From positions 1,568,001-1,632,000 of the forward strand of contig OZ242221.1 in the NCBI GenBank assembly GCA_965206845.1: a DNA stretch of 64,000 bases, in the 5' to 3' direction. Shown piece after piece: positions 55,244 through 64,000 of the stretch (its first letter is position 1; each line of letters opens with the position of its first letter). Source of the DNA: Cenarchaeum sp. (lineage in GTDB: Archaea > Thermoproteota > Nitrososphaeria > Nitrososphaerales > Nitrosopumilaceae). The translations under genes were made by a program, and so were the position numbers. Under the pieces are notes generated by a model that saw only the letters and a program-made list of their open reading frames with translations, searched no databases and was not told the origin of the DNA.

Positions 55244-56596
55244 GTGGACGCCTTTGGAAGAACAAACCCCAAGATAGTGCCTGTTGAGCCTGAAGGCAAC
55301 CAGTTTGAATTCTATGACAGGGCATCCCGAACCTGCTCACACTCGTTTCTCTTCGAGTCACTGACGGGCCCACAGGAGATGGCAGAGACCTCGGTAATGG
55401 GCTTTGATCCCAGAGCGGTGGTACGGGGCTACACGGACAGGTTGACCGTCGAGACTGCCGACGGCGGAGTCCGGGAGATACCTACTACAAGGCCGCTGGA
55501 TGAGATCAAGAAGCTCCTAAGGAGAACAGACAACCAGTCGTACAGGTACCTGGGAGGCGCCGTGGGCATCGTAAACTACGATGCGGTGAGGCTGTGGGAG
55601 GATATTCCACAGAAACACGAGGTGGCAGAGCCCCTCATGGAGTTTGGCATATATGACGACGGCATACTGTACGACAACCGCGGCAAGAGGGCGCTGTACT
55701 TTTACTACGACCAGAACCGGTACGACCGGCTCGGGACAGGGGAGCCGGCCCCGGCAGAGTTCTCTGCCACAGAGCCGCTCCCCGGCATGAACCAGAAGGA
55801 GTTTGCAGGGATAGTGAACCGGGCAAAGGACCTAATACACAGCGGGGACATCTTCCAGGCGGTTCTGTCACGGAGGTTCTCTTTTGATACCCATGGTGAC
55901 CCATTGGCGGTGTACCGTATCCTGAGGGAAATGAACCCGTCGCCGTACCTGTACCACCTCAAGCAGGGTGACAGGACGGTGATCGGCGCGTCACCTGAGA
56001 TGCTTGTGCGTGTCACCGGGAATGTCGTGGAGACCTTTCCCATAGCGGGCACACGCAAGGTTACTGGCGACGAGGAGCAAGACAGGCGGCTGGGCCAGGA
56101 ACTGCTCTGCGACGAGAAGGAGCTGGCCGAGCACACAATGCTTGTGGATCTGGGAAGAAACGACATAGGCCGCGTCTGCAGATATGGCTCCGTTCACGTC
56201 AAGGATCTCATGGCGGTAAGGCGGTTCAGCCATGTCCAGCACATGGTAACGCATGTGACAGGCACGCTGGATCCGCAAAAGGACATGTTTGACGCGTTCC
56301 GGGCCGTCTTTCCTGCGGGCACCGTTACGGGCGCGCCCAAGGTTCGGGCAATGGAGATAATCGACGAGCTGGAGCCTGGATCCCGCGGGCCCTATGCCGG
56401 CGCCGTGGGGTACTTTTCATACAACGGCTGCTGTGACTTTGCCATAGCGATACGCAGTGTGTTTATGCAGGGCCGCAGGGGATACGTCCAGTCGGGTGCG
56501 GGGATCGTATCTGACTCGCAAAGCGAGGGCGAGTTCCGGGAGACCGAGCACAAGGCGGGAGCCATGATCCAGGCGCTAAAGGAGGCATCACGGTGA
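55244..56596 (+). CDS. trpE: Anthranilate synthase component I
   Basis: GDIFQ.VLS, NPSPY, GASPE, PIAGT, KE.AEH.MLVDL.RND, FPAGT.TGAPK.RAM; GTG 55244 follows TTTAAATA. Confidence 0.95.
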   Translation: MDAFGRTNPKIVPVEPEGNQFEFYDRASRTCSHSFLFESLTGPQEMAETSVMGFDPRAVVRGYTDRLTVETADGGVREIPTTRPLDEIKKLLRRTDNQSYRYLGGAVGIVNYDAVRLWEDIPQKHEVAEPLMEFGIYDDGILYDNRGKRALYFYYDQNRYDRLGTGEPAPAEFSATEPLPGMNQKEFAGIVNRAKDLIHSGDIFQAVLSRRFSFDTHGDPLAVYRILREMNPSPYLYHLKQGDRTVIGASPEMLVRVTGNVVETFPIAGTRKVTGDEEQDRRLGQELLCDEKELAEHTMLVDLGRNDIGRVCRYGSVHVKDLMAVRRFSHVQHMVTHVTGTLDPQKDMFDAFRAVFPAGTVTGAPKVRAMEIIDELEPGSRGPYAGAVGYFSYNGCCDFAIAIRSVFMQGRRGYVQSGAGIVSDSQSEGEFRETEHKAGAMIQALKEASR

Positions 56597-57183
56597 AGTT
56601 TCTCATCATAGACAATTACGACTCGTTTGTGTACAATATAGCGCAGTATCTGGGAGAGCTGGGTGTCAGCTGCGACGTCGTAAGAAACGACATGATGACC
56701 CTGGGCGAGGTAGCGCAGGGAGGGTATGACGCCATCGTCATATCCCCCGGCCCGGGAAACCCAGAGAACGGGAAGGATTTTGGTATATGTGGAAGTGTCA
56801 TCAGGGATCTGGGCCCGCATGTGCCTGTTCTGGGCGTGTGCTTGGGGCATCAGGGGATAATCCATGAATTTGGCGGCAGGGTGACAAATGCAGGCCGCGT
56901 GCGGCACGGCAAGACAAGCCCTGTCCGGCACACGTCAAGTCCACTCTTTGAGGGCGTAAGGAACCCGTTCCGGGCCACCAGGTATCACTCGCTGGTGGGG
57001 GACAGGACTGCGATACCCGACTCGCTTGTAGTCACCGCCAGGGCCGCAGACGACGGGGAGGTGATGGCAGTGCAGCACAAGACGCACCCCATATACGGTG
57101 TACAGTTTCATCCGGAGTCCATAATGACCGAGGATGGCAAGAGGATACTGGCAAACTTCATCAGGCAGGTTGAGCGGATGTGA
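56593..57183 (+). CDS. trpG: Anthranilate synthase component II
   Basis: IDNYDSF.YN, SPGPG, GVCLGHQ, RYHSL, QFHPES. Confidence 0.95.
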   Translation: MKFLIIDNYDSFVYNIAQYLGELGVSCDVVRNDMMTLGEVAQGGYDAIVISPGPGNPENGKDFGICGSVIRDLGPHVPVLGVCLGHQGIIHEFGGRVTNAGRVRHGKTSPVRHTSSPLFEGVRNPFRATRYHSLVGDRTAIPDSLVVTARAADDGEVMAVQHKTHPIYGVQFHPESIMTEDGKRILANFIRQVERM

Positions 57184-58220
57184 TTGCAGACCTCATATCA
57201 AGGCTGGATGCCGGCATGGACTTGACGCACGAGCAGGCAGGCGCCGCCACGTCCGAGATGCTGCTGGACAGGATCCCAACTGATCAGTGCGTGAGGTTTC
57301 TTGGCCTCCTAACGGCCAAGGGCGAGACCGATGACGAGCTGCTGGGGATGCTGGAGGCGATGCAGGATCTCTCCCTTGGACTGGATCCAGGCACCCGGGA
57401 CGGGCTGATCGACATGTGCGGCACCGGCGGCGACGGCCTCCGGACGTTCAACGTCTCAACTGCCGCCTCGTTTGTAGCAGCTGCGGCCGGAGTCTCTGTG
57501 GCAAAGCACGGCAACCGCTCAAACACAGGCGTCTCTGGCAGCGCCGATGTCTTTGAGCACCTCGGATGCGATCTGAACGCAGGGCCGGAGCAGCTGCGCG
57601 CCATGCTGGACGAGTCAGGCCTCTGCTTCATGTTTGCCCCAAGGTTCCATCCTGCCATGAGGAGCGTGGCTCCCGCAAGAAGACAGATACCCCACAGGAC
57701 GGCATTTAACATACTGGGACCGCTCTCCAACCCGGCATGTGTGAGAAACCAGCTAATCGGGGTGTCATCCGGCGATCTCCTCATACGGCTGCCAAGAATC
57801 CTGTCCCGGCGCGGTTCGACAAATGTCATGACCGTCATGGCAGGCAATGGCATGGACGAGTTCTCCACTGCCACAAGAAACCGGGTGTGCATCATGCGGG
57901 ATGGCGCGGTCAGGGAGGAGACTGTGGATCCGCAAGATCTAGGACTTTACGAGTCGTCTGCTGCTGACATACAGATAGAAACAAAAGGGCAGGCGATGGA
58001 GGCGTTCATACACGTGATGGACGGCACGGCAAGCAGGGCAATGATCGAGACAGCAGCGCTCAATGCAGCCGCGGGGCTGATTGTGGGCGGCGCGGCAGAC
58101 GGCTTCGGGGATGCAACAGATGCGGCCCTAGACACCATAGCATCAGGCAGGGCGCACAGGTTCCTTGCGGGCTTTGTCGGCAGGTACGGCAACCCCGGGG
58201 TGCTGGAGGCGAAAAGGTAA
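57180..58220 (+). CDS. trpD: Anthranilate phosphoribosyltransferase
   Basis: D.CGTGGDG..TFNVST, KHGNRS....GSAD, FNILGPL.NP. Confidence 0.95.
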   Translation: MIADLISRLDAGMDLTHEQAGAATSEMLLDRIPTDQCVRFLGLLTAKGETDDELLGMLEAMQDLSLGLDPGTRDGLIDMCGTGGDGLRTFNVSTAASFVAAAAGVSVAKHGNRSNTGVSGSADVFEHLGCDLNAGPEQLRAMLDESGLCFMFAPRFHPAMRSVAPARRQIPHRTAFNILGPLSNPACVRNQLIGVSSGDLLIRLPRILSRRGSTNVMTVMAGNGMDEFSTATRNRVCIMRDGAVREETVDPQDLGLYESSAADIQIETKGQAMEAFIHVMDGTASRAMIETAALNAAAGLIVGGAADGFGDATDAALDTIASGRAHRFLAGFVGRYGNPGVLEAKR

Positions 58221-58990
58221 TGCATGTACTTGAGAAGCTCGTCAACAACTCACAAGCCGCCATAGACAACGGTACCTACGAGATCCGGGAGAGCATCCCC
58301 TCAGGCGGCACGGATCTTGTGCGAGCAATACGGGCCAGCCGGCATGCGGCGATTGTTGCCGAGGTCAAGTTCTCGTCACCCTCGCTGGGGAAGATCCGGA
58401 CACGGTCTGATCCGACATCGGTTGCAGCCGAGATGATTCGTGGCGGCGCGGTGGCGCTCTCGGTGCTGACGCAGCCGTACCTATTTGGCGGCTCCCCCCA
58501 GTACTTTATGCAGGTAAGACAAGCGGTGGATGTCCCGATGCTGATGAAGGATATCATAGTAGACAGGGTGCAGATCGACGCGGCGCAGCGTATGGGGGCC
58601 GACTACATCCTGCTGATATCATCTGTGTTCGAGTACGGATACCTGCATGATGTGGCCGAGTACATAGGATATGCCCACAAGAAGGGACTGCGGGTGCTCC
58701 TGGAGGTGCATACGGCAAACGAGATGCGACAGGCACTCAAGGCAGATGCGGATCTGATCGGAATCAACAACAGGGATCTTGACACTCTGGAGGTGGATCT
58801 TGCGACTACCGAGGGCATTCTGGCAAGTGTTGCAACAGACAGGCTTGTGCTGTCTGAGAGTGGCATCAGGGCTCCCGGGGACATCCGACGCCTGAGGGCT
58901 GCCGGCGCCGCGGCATTCCTAGTGGGCTCAAGCGTAATGGGCAGTGATGACATCACCGGATATGTCAGAGAGCTGGTGAACGCGTATTGA
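58220..58990 (+). CDS. trpC: Indole-3-glycerol phosphate synthase
   Basis: AEVK..SPS.G, LSVLT...[19 protein letters not shown]. Confidence 0.95.
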   Translation: MHVLEKLVNNSQAAIDNGTYEIRESIPSGGTDLVRAIRASRHAAIVAEVKFSSPSLGKIRTRSDPTSVAAEMIRGGAVALSVLTQPYLFGGSPQYFMQVRQAVDVPMLMKDIIVDRVQIDAAQRMGADYILLISSVFEYGYLHDVAEYIGYAHKKGLRVLLEVHTANEMRQALKADADLIGINNRDLDTLEVDLATTEGILASVATDRLVLSESGIRAPGDIRRLRAAGAAAFLVGSSVMGSDDITGYVRELVNAY

Positions 58991-60174
58991 GCTATCCTGC
59001 AGACGGGCGGTTTGGCGCCTTTGGCGGGAGGTACATCCCCGAGACCCTGGTTCCCGCAATAGACGAGCTGGAGGCGAGCTACCGGGAGGCGCGACATGAC
59101 GCAGGGTTTGAGCGCCAGCTGTCCGGATACCTGGCCGAATATGCGGGACGGCCCACCCCACTGTACTTTGCCAAGAACCTCACCCAGAGGCTGGGCGGTG
59201 CAAGGATATACCTGAAGAGGGAGGATCTCCTCCACGGCGGAGCCCACAAGATCAACAACACGTTGGGCCAGGCGCTGCTGGCAAAGCGAATGGGCAAGAA
59301 GCGGATAATTGCGGAGACGGGGGCTGGCCAGCACGGCGTTGCAGCGGCAATGGCGTGCGCATTTCTGGGCATGGATTGCGAGGTGTACATGGGCTACAAG
59401 GACACGCAGCGGCAGAGGCTCAACGTGTTCAGAATGAACCTGCTGGGGGCAGAGGTGCATGCGGTAAGATCCGGCTCCCAGACGCTCAAGGACGCAATAA
59501 ACGAGGCAATCCGTGACTGGATAACAAACGTGGGCTCAACGTACTACTTGCTGGGCTCTGCAGTGGGCCCGCACCCCTATCCGGTAATGGTCAGGGACTT
59601 TCAGAGCGTGATAGGATGCGAGATAGACTCCCAGATGCGGTCCGTCTCCGGGCAGAGTCCAGATGCGGCCGTTGCCTGCGTCGGAGGGGGCTCAAACGCC
59701 ATCGGGACATTCTACCCGCTTCTTGGCGCAAAGACCAGACTGGTGGGGGTCGAGGCCGCAGGTTGCGGGCTGGGCACAGGTCGCCACTCCGCAACTCTCT
59801 CGGCGGGAAGCCCGGGAGTCCTGCATGGGATGATGACGTACCTCCTGCAGGACTCCCAGGGCCAGATCACAGAGACCCACAGCATCTCTGCGGGACTGGA
59901 CTACCCCGGGGTGGGCCCGGAGCACTCATTCCTCAAGGACTCGGGCCGGGTGCGCTACACCACTGCCACAGACGACGAGGTGGTGTCTGCATTTCTTACG
60001 CTTGCCGAGGCTGAGGGGATCATACCGGCGCTGGAGTCTGCGCACGCGGTCGCCGAGGCGATGAAGATGGCAGCATCGATGCCCGAGTCTGAGAGCGTAG
60101 TGGTTACGCTCTCTGGCAGGGGCGACAAGGATATGGAGGTAGTCCGGGAGTACATGAATGCACAGAATCGATGA
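58987..60174 (+). CDS. trpB: Tryptophan synthase beta chain (TrpB1)
   Basis: [52 protein letters not shown]. Confidence 0.97.
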   Translation: MSYPADGRFGAFGGRYIPETLVPAIDELEASYREARHDAGFERQLSGYLAEYAGRPTPLYFAKNLTQRLGGARIYLKREDLLHGGAHKINNTLGQALLAKRMGKKRIIAETGAGQHGVAAAMACAFLGMDCEVYMGYKDTQRQRLNVFRMNLLGAEVHAVRSGSQTLKDAINEAIRDWITNVGSTYYLLGSAVGPHPYPVMVRDFQSVIGCEIDSQMRSVSGQSPDAAVACVGGGSNAIGTFYPLLGAKTRLVGVEAAGCGLGTGRHSATLSAGSPGVLHGMMTYLLQDSQGQITETHSISAGLDYPGVGPEHSFLKDSGRVRYTTATDDEVVSAFLTLAEAEGIIPALESAHAVAEAMKMAASMPESESVVVTLSGRGDKDMEVVREYMNAQNR

Positions 60175-60961
60175 AAAGTTTCGGGAGCTGCGCGAAAAAA
60201 ACCAGGGGGCGCTGATAGCATACGTCATGGCCGGGTATCCCACCGTGTCAGACACGTCTCTTGTGGTTCGCGGCCTGATAAGGGGCGGCGCGGACATAAT
60301 CGAGCTGGGATTCCCGTTCTCTGATCCCATGGCCGACGGCCCTGTCATCCAGAGGGCGGCATCTGCATCCCTGAAAAACGGGGTCACCGTGCCGGGGTTC
60401 CTGGATATGGTGCGGAGGATCAGGTCCGAGTCAGACATCCCCTTGGCCGTCATGACATACACCAACATCCTGTACCAGTACGGATATGGGGACTTTATCT
60501 CCGATGCCGCCGATGCGGGAATCGACGGATACATCCTGCCGGATATGTCAGTTGAGGAGTCCGGGGACTACCTTGCGGCCGCCCGCAGGCACGGCGCCGG
60601 AACCATATTCTTGGTATCGCCCAACACCGAAGACAGGCGAGTGCGCATGATAGCCCGGGCCAGCTCGGGATTCCTGTACATGGTGGCCGTATACGGCACC
60701 ACGGGGTCGGCCGGAGGCGTTCAGGACTACTCGGTCGAGGCGGTCAGAAGAATAAAGGGAATCACCGGGGATGGCATCCCGCTGGGCGTGGGGTTTGGCG
60801 TCTCATCTCCGGGCGATGTCCGGCGGTACATGTCCGCAGGTGCGGACGCGGTCATCGTGGGCAGCGCCATGCTGCGGCTGATCGGGGACACCACCCGGGA
60901 CGCACTGGAGGATGCCGTATCAAAGTTCACAAGGCAGCTCAAGGACGCCACACATCTCTAG
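60158..60961 (+). CDS. trpA: Tryptophan synthase alpha chain
   Basis: [35 protein letters not shown]. Confidence 0.96.
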   Translation: MHRIDEKFRELREKNQGALIAYVMAGYPTVSDTSLVVRGLIRGGADIIELGFPFSDPMADGPVIQRAASASLKNGVTVPGFLDMVRRIRSESDIPLAVMTYTNILYQYGYGDFISDAADAGIDGYILPDMSVEESGDYLAAARRHGAGTIFLVSPNTEDRRVRMIARASSGFLYMVAVYGTTGSAGGVQDYSVEAVRRIKGITGDGIPLGVGFGVSSPGDVRRYMSAGADAVIVGSAMLRLIGDTTRDALEDAVSKFTRQLKDATHL

Positions 60962-61174
60962 CCGGGGATACGGCGCCGAGCGGGATATGGCCACTGCTGC
61001 GCCAGGTGCCACCTGCGGATAAAAGCATCCACCTGACCGTCCCACTCAAACCCTGTCTGGTGAGAGGTTACAGGCTAGCGAGCCGGGATCCGTCCAGACG
61101 CACGGGCCTGCTCCCTGGAGCGGCGTCACATGTGTCCGATAAACGATTAAAAACCCAATGTTTCATACCCTGAT

Positions 61175-62764
61175 GTGCAGACAAAGTACATCTTTGTTAC
61201 GGGGGGTGTAATGTCGGGGCTGGGCAAGGGTGTGGTGGCCTCGTCAGTGGCAAAGCTTCTGCAGCTGTCGGGAAGGAGTGTATCCTGCGTGAAGATCGAC
61301 CCATACCTGAATTATGATGCCGGCACCATGAACCCGGTGGCCCACGGCGAGGTGTTTGTCACAGAGGATGGAGGCGAGTGCGACATGGACATCGGCAACT
61401 ATGAGCGGTTCCTCAACCGGAACATTCCCCGCAGCCACAACATTACAACTGCGCAGGTATACTCTGCAGTCATCCGGGCCGAGAGGGAGGGCAGGTATTT
61501 GGGCGCCTGCGTGCAGATAATCCCGCACATTACAGACGAGATCAAGAACAGAATCCGGGGCATAGCCGGAGACGAGAACCTAGATATTCTGATAGTCGAG
61601 TGCGGCGGCACCGTGGGAGATATCGAGAGCCTGCCATTCCTGGAAGCGCTGAGGCAGTTTCGCATCGAGGAGGGCAGCCAGAATGTTGTGTTTGTGCATG
61701 TCACCTTGGCGCCGTCCCTGGATGTGGTGGGAGAGCAGAAGACAAAGCCCACCCAGCACAGCGTCCAGGAGCTGCGCAGGATCGGCATCCAGCCTGATTT
61801 TCTGGCGCTAAGGTGCGCAAGGCCGCTAGAGGACAGAACCAAGAGCAAGGTTGCTCTGTTCTCCAACGTGGGCGTCGCTGATGTGATATCGTGCCATGAT
61901 GTCAAGTCCATCTTACAGATGGTCCAGGTGCTCCGGGATCAGGGAGTGGCGGGCTTGGTATCTGCCAAGCTGGGCATTGCAGACGCATCCCTGGCAGACT
62001 GGGATGCCTGGGACAAGGTGGTGAACTCGATGCTCGATCACGGGGATGGGGCGGTAAAGATCGCCATGGTGGGCAAATACGTCACGCTGGCGGACAGCTA
62101 CGTCAGCGTCAACGATGCCCTAAAGCATGCCGGGGCAAAGATCGGAAGAGCCGTGGAGATACACTGGATCGACTCAGAAGCTCTGCCCGGTGCCACCGAG
62201 CTGTCCCGGTACGACGGCATACTGGTACCCGGTGGGTTTGGAACCCGCGGCTCCGAGGGCATCATAGATGCGGCAAGGTTTGCCCGCACCGGCAATGTGC
62301 CGTACCTGGGGATATGCTTTGGGTTTCAGCTGGCAGTGGTAGAGTTTGGAAGAAACGCGCTGGGTCTGGATGCGGACTCGACTGAGATCAGGCCCGATGC
62401 CGGAGATCCCGTGATCGACCTGCTTCCGGGGCAGAAGGACGCGCCGGATATGGGCGGATCGCTGCGGCTGGGCGCAAACAGGATCATATTAAGGGAGGGT
62501 TCGGTGGCATCCCAGATATACGGCACCGGCACAATCTCAAAGAGGCACAGGCACAGGTACGAGTTCAACCAGGAATACCGGGATCAGTTCGAGGGTGGCG
62601 GCATGGAGTTTTCGGCCGAGAGCGACTCCGGAAGGAGGATCGAGATACTTGAGATTCCCGGGCACAGGTTCTTTATCGGCGTGCAGTTTCATCCGGAGTT
62701 CAGCAGCAGGCCTGGGTTTCCAGAGGAGGTCTTTGAGGCCTTTGTCCGGGCCGCGTCATCCTAG
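61175..62764 (+). CDS. pyrG: CTP synthase
   Basis: KYIFVTGGV.SGLGKG, KIDPYLN.D.GTM.P..HGEVFV, GGTVGDIE, KTKPTQHS, GICFG.Q, RHRHRYE, QFHPEF. Confidence 0.97.
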   Translation: MQTKYIFVTGGVMSGLGKGVVASSVAKLLQLSGRSVSCVKIDPYLNYDAGTMNPVAHGEVFVTEDGGECDMDIGNYERFLNRNIPRSHNITTAQVYSAVIRAEREGRYLGACVQIIPHITDEIKNRIRGIAGDENLDILIVECGGTVGDIESLPFLEALRQFRIEEGSQNVVFVHVTLAPSLDVVGEQKTKPTQHSVQELRRIGIQPDFLALRCARPLEDRTKSKVALFSNVGVADVISCHDVKSILQMVQVLRDQGVAGLVSAKLGIADASLADWDAWDKVVNSMLDHGDGAVKIAMVGKYVTLADSYVSVNDALKHAGAKIGRAVEIHWIDSEALPGATELSRYDGILVPGGFGTRGSEGIIDAARFARTGNVPYLGICFGFQLAVVEFGRNALGLDADSTEIRPDAGDPVIDLLPGQKDAPDMGGSLRLGANRIILREGSVASQIYGTGTISKRHRHRYEFNQEYRDQFEGGGMEFSAESDSGRRIEILEIPGHRFFIGVQFHPEFSSRPGFPEEVFEAFVRAASS

Positions 62765-63748
62765 CTTGGATATCTCGTAGATCCGTTGCCGGGCATCGCG
62801 GATGGACACCCTCCGGTTGACGTAGCCGCCCTGAACCAGATGGGCCAGCGCCTGGCGGACGGTTCTGTCCGGGAGCATGGTCTTTGCCGCAAGTCCCTTC
62901 TGCGTCAGCGCCCCCTCATACTCGAGGATCTTCAACAGCAGCTTGGAGCTTGGCGGCATGCTTAGCAGATCCCCTGCCAGGTGCGCCTTCTTTGCCAGCG
63001 CAGAGATTGCAGTGGACTCCTGCCTCACGCGGACGATCATGGCAGGCGGCATAAACTTCGAACACTCGACTGTCTTCTTTACGTTGTGCCTGCTTGTGCC
63101 GTCCAGTATCACCTCGCAGTGCAGCCGCGACCATATGTCATACACCTCGATGAGGCTGTCGTCGGGAACTATCAGCGGCCTTCGTGTGACATCCAGCGAG
63201 TTTACAGAGATTATCTCAAAGACGGGAGACTCCTGAAAGATTACGGGACCGCCGGCGGACATCGAGTAGGCCGACGATCCGATTGGGGTGGAGACTATGA
63301 TGCCATCGCCGCTGTCGTGCCACACGTCCTTGCCGCTGACGCGCAGCGTGTGCTCCATCAACATGGCGCTCTTTGATGAGAATATGGCCACCTCGTTGAG
63401 TATGGGGTACACATTCTTGCCGTCTATCTTTATGCCGACCCGTGGAACGCTCTCCACGGCAAAGTTGCCGTTTTTGAGCCTGCCTGCGTATGAGTGGAGC
63501 TCCTTGAGGTCTATCTGGGCCAGGAATCCGCTTGACTCGGCCTCGCTCACTCCCAGAACCGGCACATCCGAGTCCGGGTTTCTGTGAAAGTAGCTGCGGA
63601 CTCCGCGGTCCCCGCCGAGTGCCACTACACAGTCCACGTCCCCGGGCTTTTCTGTAAGAAACGAGTCTATACCTGCTGCCTCAAGCGTGTCCATGGCGGT
63701 CTTTGCCGAGGCGCCAGCTATTCCATGTCCGTAGATTCCGATCTTCAC
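62756..63748 (-). CDS. NAD kinase fused to a C-terminal winged-helix domain
   Basis: LGGD, GFL, LNE, GDG.IVSTP.GSSAYS.SAGGP; C-terminal PPS.KL.LK.LEYEG.LTQK.L...T.LP.RTVR.AL..L. Confidence 0.9.
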   Translation of the reverse strand: MKIGIYGHGIAGASAKTAMDTLEAAGIDSFLTEKPGDVDCVVALGGDRGVRSYFHRNPDSDVPVLGVSEAESSGFLAQIDLKELHSYAGRLKNGNFAVESVPRVGIKIDGKNVYPILNEVAIFSSKSAMLMEHTLRVSGKDVWHDSGDGIIVSTPIGSSAYSMSAGGPVIFQESPVFEIISVNSLDVTRRPLIVPDDSLIEVYDIWSRLHCEVILDGTSRHNVKKTVECSKFMPPAMIVRVRQESTAISALAKKAHLAGDLLSMPPSSKLLLKILEYEGALTQKGLAAKTMLPDRTVRQALAHLVQGGYVNRRVSIRDARQRIYEISKLG

Positions 63749-63780
63749 AGATCAGATGAGGCGGGCGCCCGAATAAAAGC

Positions 63781-64000
63781 CTAAACCTGCCGAAACTTTA
63801 CCGTATTGTAAAAGTATGATGCGTTGATCTCGATCCGTCCCTTGGCAGGCACTTTGTCAAGCCCAAGACCATGCGTGTCCAGGGCCGCCTGTGCGGCGCC
63901 TGCCGCAAAGCAGAACGCCCACAAAAAGTCTTTCTCCCGCAGCATGGTACACAGGAACGCAGAGCAAAAGATGTCGCCCACCCCCGTGGTGTCGTGGATC
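63781..64000 (-). CDS. PfkB-family carbohydrate kinase, 5'-partial
   Basis: DTTGVGDIF anion-hole motif at the window edge. Confidence 0.8.
   Translation of the reverse strand, partial: IHDTTGVGDIFCSAFLCTMLREKDFLWAFCFAAGAAQAALDTHGLGLDKVPAKGRIEINASYFYNTVKFRQV

Noticed and set aside
1-64000. CRISPR array, rRNA, integrase/provirus at tRNA-Phe
   Set aside because: No regularly spaced repeats, no rRNA signatures, no integrase gene and no duplicated tRNA 3' end were seen.

Overview
The window is a gene-dense, GC-rich archaeal chromosome segment. Gene content points to an ammonia-oxidising archaeon of the Nitrososphaerota (Thaumarchaeota), probably Nitrosopumilaceae: PEFG-CTERM protein, CdvB/ESCRT-III, TFB, Alba, Rpo6, a DUF6659-like protein, and TATA boxes about 25 nt upstream of apparently leaderless genes. 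High GC and mosaic surface proteins suggest a host-associated (sponge-symbiont-like) lineage, but that is inference. Most of the window is housekeeping: phaC (partial), psmA, cdvB, split DipZ (ccdA + redoxin), bioF/bioB/bioA/birA, a PEFG-CTERM protein + FTR1 iron permease + hydantoinase cluster, Hjc, LLM/thiolase/DUF35, purK, tfb, cysS/nadE, acs, pduO, tRNA-Phe, rpoK, trpEGDCBA, pyrG and NAD kinase. Reading between the ORFs adds several items the ORF track misses. These are an orphan structured non-coding element with IS110 bridge-RNA-like architecture (575-830), an IS630-type MITE with TA duplication next to tRNA-Phe, and a decayed IS481 fused to a surface-protein remnant. There is also a winged-helix gene broken by one TAG, a half-size Amt-derived membrane protein in an AT-richer islet, a Cache/Ig/solute-binding mosaic protein, and about ten microproteins under 50 aa, most with their own TATA box (Cys-rich, C2H2, YHS, basic, single-TM). 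No CRISPR array or rRNA was seen. All family calls come from motif recognition by eye; no searches were run.
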